Below, one piece after another: positions 56,953 through 64,000 of a stretch of DNA of 64,000 bases. This stretch comes from a virus. Each line of letters starts with the position of its first letter. Positions within the stretch are counted from its first letter, which is position 1. The DNA is taken from IMG/VR virus record IMGVR_UViG_3300018005_000012, positions 27,435 to 91,434 of that record; one strand, written 5' to 3'. Both the position numbers and the translations under genes were made by a program. Below the pieces are notes generated by a model. That model saw nothing but the letters and a program-made list of their open reading frames with translations, did not search any database and was not told the origin of the DNA.

Positions 56953-59742
56953 TTAAGGACTGCCTTCTTCCTCTTCAGGCCACTTGGTTCGGAGCACGAT
57001 GCCCTTCTTGAAAGCCTTTACTATGAGGTCTTTCACCGTTATCTCCTTAACTCTTGCGTTGATGCGAGAAACCTTGGTAGCATGGCCTAGTGCACTTATA
57101 CCTAACGAACCTTGCACTATATCATTAGTAATCACAGACGCTAAGAGATTGGCTCCTATTGCACCCTTCGTCTTCTGATGAGTTATTACCACTCCTAATA
57201 GGGAGGCCCCTATCTCTCCTACGACCAAATCATTGGTTCTAACCACGCCAAGTAGTTGACCACCTATACTACCCTTTACCACTTGGCTGATGATGTTCTG
57301 TGCCGTTATCTGAGTGCCTATCTCTCCAACCACCGCTTGACTGATGATGACCGTTTCTGCGGCACTCGCACCAATTTCACCAGCGACCTTATCACTGGTT
57401 ATGGGTATTCCGTGCTCACTTACTCCAATCTTGCCAGAGACTACATCATGAGTGATAGGTATCCCATGTTCGCTTACACCAATCTCACCCTTCACTTTTT
57501 GGGCGGTGATGACTGCTCCTATCTCTGAGACTCCAACGCTACCCTTGACTATATCTCTAGTGACCACTGCTCCAAATAGGCTTTCACCAATTTCACCAGT
57601 CACAGTTTGGTGTGTAATGGTAGATACAGCACTCTCACTTACACCAATCTCACCAGATACTACATCATGGGTAACGACTGTGCCAACCTCCTTCGACCCA
57701 ATTTCTCCCTTTGTTTCTTGGTGAGTAATCTTTGAGACGGCCAATAGAGAGTCACCGATTGCACCTGAAACGAGGTCATTCGTAATCACCACACCAAGTG
57801 CATTGGCTCCTATACTACCGCTAACCAAGTCACTGGTTATAACACCAAGACTCAGACTGTCACCTATACTTCCCTGTGTCTCTTGATGCGTAATCTCCGA
57901 TACAGCCATCAATTCAGCACCGATAGTCCCAAACGTTTGAAGACTTGTAATCGCTACCCCAGTCTCCGAGACACCGATACTTCCTGAGACCACATCATTA
58001 GTGATTATCTCTCCTTGAGCACTGCTACCAGCACCGACCTCAACATACACATAGTCATTGGTCACAGTCTTCGCCTTCAGCATATCTCCAATCTCACCAA
58101 CCACTTCTTGGTGGGTAATCTCAGTATCTAGTGTGAAAGCATCACCAACTTCTCCAACAACCTCTTGGTGAGTGATTTTTAAGGTCTCGCTCAGATTGGC
58201 TCCTATTAAACCATAAACCATCAGACCAGTTATTGCGACTCCTGATAGTGAATTACCAATCTCTCCCATCACTTCTTGGTGAGTGATGGTCATTACACCA
58301 GTAATCTCATCTCCAATTTCGCCTACCACTGCTTGGTGAGTGATTTTTGATGTTCCACTGATACTTCCGCCAATTGAACCAGAGACCACATCATGAGTGA
58401 TTGCAACACCAGAAGCAGTATCACCAACGGCTCCTACTGTTTCTTGGTGAGTGATGGTCATCACACTAGAAGCAGAGTCACCGATTCTTCCTGAGACAAC
58501 ATCATCAGTAACCACTTGACCTCTAACCGAGTCTCCAACAGAGCCAATGACCGCTTGGTGGGGGATTGTAGTTACTCCGCTTATACTGTCTCCTACCGCA
58601 CCATTGGCCGTCTGATGAGTTATCTTACTTATCCCATTAACAGAGTCGCCTATGGCTCCGGCTACTAAATCGTTAGTCACGGTCTTTACCGTGAGGCTGC
58701 TTCCAATCTCACCTACCGAAGTTTGATGAGGTATGGTTACAACACTAGATATAGCATCTCCTATAGAACCAGATACCTTATCATTAGTCTTGACTACACC
58801 TGTAACACTATCACCCACTGCTCCAATGACCACTTGATGGGTTATCTTAGCCACACTCGAAGTAGCGTCACCAATTGAGCCAGAGACCTTATCATTGGTC
58901 TTAATGCTTCCAGAACCAGCAGAACCTAGTGAGGCCGAGATAATATCACCAGTCTTTACACTACCAGAAGTGCTTCCACCAACTCCCGCACTTACTGTCT
59001 GATGTGTGATAGTCGCAACACTAGATGCGGCATCGCCTATAGCACCTCTCACTGCTTGGTGAGTTATCTTGGTCACACTAGATGCACTGTCTCCAATCGA
59101 ACCAGATACTTTCTCATTGGTCTTAACTGAACCAGAAGCAGAATCTCCGATACTTCCACTAACTTTATCGTTGGTTATCACTTCTCCTAGAGCACTGCTA
59201 CCAGCACCCACATTCACATATACCTTATCATTGGTCACAGTCTTTGCCGTTAGATTGCTTCCAATCGCACCCGTTGTCGTCTGGTGTGTTATCTTCACTA
59301 CTCCAGAAGCACTACCTCCTATAGACCCGCTTACCTTATCGTTGGTCTTTACTGCTCCACTAGCACTATCCCCAATAGACCCAGATACTTTATCGTTGGT
59401 TTTGACCGAGCCTGAAGCACTACTTCCAATAGTCCCGCTTGCCTTGTCATTAGTCTTGACGGAACCAGAGAGGGCATTACCAATGGCTCCCTTTACTACT
59501 TGATGACTTACTTTTGCAACGCCAACTAACCCATCTCCAATTGCTCCATTTACTGCTTGATGGCTTACCTTCGTAACGCCAGCCAACCCACTCCCGATTG
59601 ACCCACTCACTATCTGATGGATTACGACTGTTGCTGAGATTCCGCTAACAACTGTTCCACTTACTGGCTGTGGAGGGATTTGCTCGTAGATGGCTTCATC
59701 ACTCGGAAAGGGAGTAGTTAGGAAGTTCCCTAGACTGGCCAT
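56953..59742 (-). CDS. long repetitive fibre-like protein
   Basis: More than 40 tandem 19-21-aa repeats (T[HN][DQ]xVxGxIGxSxxG). Confidence 0.75.
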   Translation of the reverse strand: MASLGNFLTTPFPSDEAIYEQIPPQPVSGTVVSGISATVVIHQIVSGSIGSGLAGVTKVSHQAVNGAIGDGLVGVAKVSHQVVKGAIGNALSGSVKTNDKASGTIGSSASGSVKTNDKVSGSIGDSASGAVKTNDKVSGSIGGSASGVVKITHQTTTGAIGSNLTAKTVTNDKVYVNVGAGSSALGEVITNDKVSGSIGDSASGSVKTNEKVSGSIGDSASSVTKITHQAVRGAIGDAASSVATITHQTVSAGVGGSTSGSVKTGDIISASLGSAGSGSIKTNDKVSGSIGDATSSVAKITHQVVIGAVGDSVTGVVKTNDKVSGSIGDAISSVVTIPHQTSVGEIGSSLTVKTVTNDLVAGAIGDSVNGISKITHQTANGAVGDSISGVTTIPHQAVIGSVGDSVRGQVVTDDVVSGRIGDSASSVMTITHQETVGAVGDTASGVAITHDVVSGSIGGSISGTSKITHQAVVGEIGDEITGVMTITHQEVMGEIGNSLSGVAITGLMVYGLIGANLSETLKITHQEVVGEVGDAFTLDTEITHQEVVGEIGDMLKAKTVTNDYVYVEVGAGSSAQGEIITNDVVSGSIGVSETGVAITSLQTFGTIGAELMAVSEITHQETQGSIGDSLSLGVITSDLVSGSIGANALGVVITNDLVSGAIGDSLLAVSKITHQETKGEIGSKEVGTVVTHDVVSGEIGVSESAVSTITHQTVTGEIGESLFGAVVTRDIVKGSVGVSEIGAVITAQKVKGEIGVSEHGIPITHDVVSGKIGVSEHGIPITSDKVAGEIGASAAETVIISQAVVGEIGTQITAQNIISQVVKGSIGGQLLGVVRTNDLVVGEIGASLLGVVITHQKTKGAIGANLLASVITNDIVQGSLGISALGHATKVSRINARVKEITVKDLIVKAFKKGIVLRTKWPEEEEGSP

Positions 59743-59781
59743 ACTACATTAGATAAGATAGTGCCGATATTTAAAGCCGTC

Positions 59782-61425
59782 CTATGATGAGAGCACTTGC
59801 ATCGAAGTCGTGACGGGGTAACTCTTCCCCGTTCCACCCGTCTGCTTAAGCGTGACCCTATAAAGGTTGCCCTTGTAGAAGGTCTTGCCGTGGAACCTGA
59901 TGAGGGGAGAGACTTGTGTTCCAGAGATAGTGGCCTGTTGGTAGATGTGGGAGTTGGAGTCATCAACAGCCGTGTATTCTCTAACAACCACCGTGTCTCC
60001 AGAGACCATGTTACGAAGGTCGAGAAAACTCTCCACTATGAAGTCTCCAGATTGGTTGCCTTCAGAATAGAGTTGTGCTATTTCAGTGGTTGAAAGACCA
60101 CGGTTGTAGAGACGGACTTCATCAATAGTGCCATCAAACATGAGACCACCATAAGTGCCTAATCTCCCAATTCCAAGACTTGTTGTGTCCTGATATATTG
60201 TTCCAGACCACGATAACGGGGTTCCTGCAACACCATCGAGATACAACGTTTCGGTAGACCCATTAAAAGTTCCAACTATGAAGTGCCAATTGGTATCAGA
60301 AATAGTAGCAGGGCCATATACTGATTTATCATGACTTCCATCTCCAAGGAGCATAAGAACATCATCACCAACAGTAAACTCTATCCAATAAGGCGAAGTT
60401 CCCGGCCCACTACCATTTGCCTTTCCAATGAAGATTTCTCTTGTTCCGCTTCGAGCACGTTTAATCCAAAGAGATAGTGTTATTTGTGAAACACTGAGAC
60501 TTGGAGAATATGGCACAGTCACATAATTTGAGCCACTGAAGTTTAGTGCGTTACCAAATTTTCCTATTGTCCATACTGGTGAACCTCCAAGTGTCCCTGT
60601 ATTAGCATATAGACTTGAATCGTAAGCATATGTTCCTGTTCCCTCATCAAAGTGCCAGATTCCTACAGCCCCACTTAAGGGCACAATATCTACAATGTCA
60701 GTTTCATTGTTGATGATGACAGAAGGAGCACCCTCGTTGTAGAGTTGTGCTGCCTCGGTAACAGATAGACCACGATTGTAGAAACGAACCTCGTCTAAAG
60801 TGCCAGTTATCCCATTTCCGTAACCAGTAGCATACGTTCCAAGATAGTAAGCCCGATTGGTTGATGGATAGACTGGTGTTGTCATACCAGCCGAAGAATA
60901 AGGTGCTCCATTACGATAGAAAGCGATTGTATTGGCAGAGTAATCTGCTACAATAGTCACATGAACCCAAGTATCATAGTATTCACCACTTGACCCAAAG
61001 AAATTGGAAGAACCAGCCCAAACAGGATTGACTCCGTTGGCATATTGGTAAATCAAATCATTTCCACTAAGATGAATCAGAACATATCCAACTGTGCCCG
61101 ATTGACTCGCATCACCAATGATTACTTGACCCCCCGGAGCATCTGTGTTAATCCAAAAACTGAAAGATATTGCCGAGTTAGTGAACGCAAGTGAGAGAGT
61201 TTGAACTCCTTGGTCGCTTGCCGTGACAAAGTGCAACGCCCTTCCATACACACCTTGAACCCATGTTGGTGTATTGAAAAGAGTTCCTGTTCTGCCCTGT
61301 CCACTAGCATCATAAGTGGTAGCCCCCGTTCCTTCATCCAAGTGCCACATCCCGACAAGACCATAGGTAAGAGCCGTTCCATTAGTGAGATTCTGGTCGG
61401 TCTTAGAGGCAACCGAGATTGTCAA
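59782..61425 (-). CDS. LamG/ConA-like double-domain virion protein, paralog A
   Basis: WH(L/F)DEGTG twice, DEVR.YNR twice; conserved C-terminal domain. Confidence 0.85.
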   Translation of the reverse strand: MTISVASKTDQNLTNGTALTYGLVGMWHLDEGTGATTYDASGQGRTGTLFNTPTWVQGVYGRALHFVTASDQGVQTLSLAFTNSAISFSFWINTDAPGGQVIIGDASQSGTVGYVLIHLSGNDLIYQYANGVNPVWAGSSNFFGSSGEYYDTWVHVTIVADYSANTIAFYRNGAPYSSAGMTTPVYPSTNRAYYLGTYATGYGNGITGTLDEVRFYNRGLSVTEAAQLYNEGAPSVIINNETDIVDIVPLSGAVGIWHFDEGTGTYAYDSSLYANTGTLGGSPVWTIGKFGNALNFSGSNYVTVPYSPSLSVSQITLSLWIKRARSGTREIFIGKANGSGPGTSPYWIEFTVGDDVLMLLGDGSHDKSVYGPATISDTNWHFIVGTFNGSTETLYLDGVAGTPLSWSGTIYQDTTSLGIGRLGTYGGLMFDGTIDEVRLYNRGLSTTEIAQLYSEGNQSGDFIVESFLDLRNMVSGDTVVVREYTAVDDSNSHIYQQATISGTQVSPLIRFHGKTFYKGNLYRVTLKQTGGTGKSYPVTTSMQVLSS

Positions 61426-63092
61426 TAGTTAATCACCTGCATTAGAGAGGTCACTGGATAACTCTTACCTGTTCCGGCAGTTTGCTTGAGAGTGACCTTG
61501 TAGAGATTCTTCTTGTAGTATATCTTACCGTGGAACCTCACAAGAGAAGCCACCTGTGCTCCAGAGTAGGTAGTTTGCTGATAGATATGAGAGTTAGAAT
61601 TGTCAATCGCCATATACTCCGTAATAACTGTCGTGTCTCCGGCAAGCATATTGCGAAGGTCGAGAAGCCCTTCCATCATGAAGTCGCCTCTCTCAAGACC
61701 CTCATTGTAGAGTTGGGCTATTTCACCAGTGGCAGACTGTCCTACAGATACTCCACCATCACTTAGAGCACGATTGTAAATCCTTGCTTCATCAATCCAT
61801 CCATCCCATCCCGGAGCACCACCCCAACAAATCCCTATATGCCAGTCATTACCTATGGTATCCGCATAACTCGTAACTGTTACCGACCCCTGACTTAGAA
61901 GTAAGATACCATCACAATAGATTCTAACTGTTCCTGCCTGATTAATTGCGGGTGCATCGTAAGAAGCCTCAATGTAATGCCATGCAGAATCATTCAAATT
62001 CTTGGAAACACTGTAATCGAAGCCATCTGCATAAGCACCTGCCTCAAAGTAAATAAGATGGTTCACACCATCATAGTAAAATCCGTTATTACCAGTAGCA
62101 CCTGTGCGTTGTATAATTGGCATATAACTGCCCGGAGTTCTAACCTTAACCCAGACGGCTATAGTTATTGGATTGGTTACATATCTAAGAGTGCCAGACG
62201 GGTCTGAGGTTTGAATGTAAGCAGGATTGTTTGGGCCAGTATAGGTGAACAGAGCACAATAGCCAAGTTTACCTACATCCCATCCTACGGTTCCTCCCGT
62301 ATTATTGTAAAGTGTTCCTGTGGCTCCAGATATACTTGCGTCATGAGCAGTCGTGCTCGTCCCTTCATCAAAGTGCCAACATCCAACCAAACCAGAAAGA
62401 GGCACAATGTCTATGATGTCATTCTCGTTGTTAATAACAACACTCTGATTATAGAGTTCCGCTACTTCAGTAGATGAAAGAGCACGAGTGTAGATACGAA
62501 CATCATCCATAGTTCCTTGATACCACTTATTACCATTGTCGTTTCCAATCATTAAACAATTCATTGATGCAGTAGAATAGACCGTTGTGCCATCTGATGA
62601 ACCATTTATGTAAAGGGTTATGTTGGAAGAATCAGAGACCATAGTAACAAAAGACCATTGACCATTAGTAAACGTATGACTCGACTCAAGAACATCACCA
62701 CCGCTACTTCTATAGTAAGCAAGATGATTTGTTGGTGAAACGAAGAATCCATTGCTACTATCTTGGGTTACTATACCAGACCAAGCACTCCTTAGAATTG
62801 GGTTTATCCATGCTGAAATTGTGAAACTTGTGCCCGAAGCGACTCCCGCTAAATCAACTGAGCAACCATTACCAGCACCACTTGTGAAGTTTAGTGCGTT
62901 TCCAAACTTTCCCGTTGTCCAAGTTGGCAAAGAATGAGTAGAACCAAGAGTTCCTATATTACCCTGACCACTGGTATCGTAAGCATAAATTCCTGTTCCT
63001 TCATCAAAATGCCAAAGCCCTACGATATTAGAGAGAATATCACCACCAATAGTGAGGTTCTGGTCGGTTTTTGAGCCTACTACGACTGTCAC
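61422..63092 (-). CDS. LamG/ConA-like double-domain virion protein, paralog B
   Basis: Same architecture as paralog A. Confidence 0.85.
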   Translation of the reverse strand: MTVVVGSKTDQNLTIGGDILSNIVGLWHFDEGTGIYAYDTSGQGNIGTLGSTHSLPTWTTGKFGNALNFTSGAGNGCSVDLAGVASGTSFTISAWINPILRSAWSGIVTQDSSNGFFVSPTNHLAYYRSSGGDVLESSHTFTNGQWSFVTMVSDSSNITLYINGSSDGTTVYSTASMNCLMIGNDNGNKWYQGTMDDVRIYTRALSSTEVAELYNQSVVINNENDIIDIVPLSGLVGCWHFDEGTSTTAHDASISGATGTLYNNTGGTVGWDVGKLGYCALFTYTGPNNPAYIQTSDPSGTLRYVTNPITIAVWVKVRTPGSYMPIIQRTGATGNNGFYYDGVNHLIYFEAGAYADGFDYSVSKNLNDSAWHYIEASYDAPAINQAGTVRIYCDGILLLSQGSVTVTSYADTIGNDWHIGICWGGAPGWDGWIDEARIYNRALSDGGVSVGQSATGEIAQLYNEGLERGDFMMEGLLDLRNMLAGDTTVITEYMAIDNSNSHIYQQTTYSGAQVASLVRFHGKIYYKKNLYKVTLKQTAGTGKSYPVTSLMQVINY

Positions 63093-64000
63093 GAGGACAT
63101 CACTTGCATTATTGAAGTGACAGGATAACTCTTTCCTGTGCCCACAGTTTGGTCGAGTGTGACACGATAGAGTTGGCTCTTGTTGGTGAGTTTACTATGG
63201 AAACGATAGACAGGGGCCGTCAGAGCACCAGTGAGAATGTCCTGTTTGTATATTTCCGAGTTCACGCCATCCGCAGAGACGTATTCTGTAATGGTTGAAC
63301 TATCTCCACTCACCATGTTGGTGAGGTCTACATAACTCTCTACAACGTAATCTCCAGTTTGAGCACCTTCGCTGGCGAGTTGGGCCACTTCTGCGGCTGA
63401 GAGCGCACGATTGTAGAAACGAACTTCGTCTATGGTGCCACCGAATGGGTCAGAACTAGGGTCGGTTCCTATCATGCCCGTTCCGGTGAGAGTTGTATTC
63501 AGTGCGATTCCACCACTAAGAGAGCCTGTGTAACCAGTTGACCCAATGTAAATCGTGACTGTTGTGGCACTCGCCACGTAAGTGAATCCAACCAAAGTCC
63601 AAGTGTTCAAAGGCACAGTTGCGGCTGTTCTCCAATCGTTGCCATCTGCATAAAATTGGAGAGCACCCGAGCCATAGAGCAACAGATAGACACTGTGGTT
63701 GGTGCCATACGTTCCGTATCCAAAGACTGCCGGATTTCCTGCGGGTGGGTAGGCCGTCAAGTAAACCCACGCAAACATACTTCTTGCGGCAGAACCAGTA
63801 GGCAAATTTGAATCGGAAAATGAGACGTATTGATTGCTTGCGGCCACAAATTGTAACGCCTTTCCGAATCTACCAGTCACCCACGTTGGAGTGTGAACCA
63901 ACGTTCCGGTGCGGGCATACTTACTAGCATCATAAGTGGATGTTCCCGTTCCCTCGTCTAAGTGCCAGATTCCAATGGCTCCGTTGAGAGGAACGATGTC
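63089..64000 (-). CDS. LamG/ConA-like virion protein, paralog C (5' partial)
   Basis: Frame open to the window edge (DIVPLNGAIGIWHLDEGTG); same C-terminal domain. Confidence 0.85.
   Translation of the reverse strand, partial: DIVPLNGAIGIWHLDEGTGTSTYDASKYARTGTLVHTPTWVTGRFGKALQFVAASNQYVSFSDSNLPTGSAARSMFAWVYLTAYPPAGNPAVFGYGTYGTNHSVYLLLYGSGALQFYADGNDWRTAATVPLNTWTLVGFTYVASATTVTIYIGSTGYTGSLSGGIALNTTLTGTGMIGTDPSSDPFGGTIDEVRFYNRALSAAEVAQLASEGAQTGDYVVESYVDLTNMVSGDSSTITEYVSADGVNSEIYKQDILTGALTAPVYRFHSKLTNKSQLYRVTLDQTVGTGKSYPVTSIMQVMSS

Noticed and set aside
56953-59742. Possible CRISPR array or DNA tandem repeat
   Set aside because: Periodicity is at protein level with diverged codons; no identical repeats separated by spacers
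233-63801. Many 60-200-aa antisense or alternative-frame ORFs (e.g. 270-707, 7758-8264, 22865-23494, 47706-48233, 59069-59503)
   Set aside because: Shadows of well-supported genes, with no motifs or promoters
59782-64000. Diversity-generating retroelement acting on the LamG genes
   Set aside because: No reverse transcriptase in the window and no template/variable repeat pair with adenine-specific differences seen
1-64000. Major capsid protein, prohead protease, integrase, tRNA genes
   Set aside because: No ORF or sequence with recognisable motifs; probably outside the window or too divergent to see by eye

Overview
The whole 64 kb looks like part of the genome of a large tailed dsDNA virus (Caudoviricetes) of archaea. 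There are no host operons, rRNA, tRNA, CRISPR array or integrase. Virion genes are a portal (2644), large terminase (32606), neck proteins (39.7-42 kb), a tail module (17.9-27.5 kb: tube, frameshifted chaperone, unusually short tape measure, tip proteins) and fibre/LamG proteins (56-64 kb). The major capsid protein and prohead protease were not found, so they probably lie outside the window. The replication set is archaeal: PolB, RPA, PriS- and PriX-like primase subunits, an MCM-like AAA+ helicase, a RadA-like ATPase, a DHH/Cdc45-like protein, ERCC4 and DnaQ-type nucleases, and a PC4-like protein. Unusual points are: (1) a virus-encoded, modified archaeal ribosomal protein uS2, resembling Nitrososphaerota uS2 from recall, in a genome where roughly 45-50 genes have their own TATA box about 25-35 nt before the start codon (leaderless-type transcripts); (2) a co-regulated family of large acidic Zn-finger 'beads-on-a-string' proteins carrying cargo domains (A32-like ATPase, JAB protease, DUF559-like nuclease); (3) four translationally coupled microproteins sharing an N-terminal LANxxEL motif; (4) 11 free-standing homing endonuclease genes; (5) apparent avoidance of GATC, AGCT and CCWGG. 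All family assignments come from motif recognition by eye, not from database searches.
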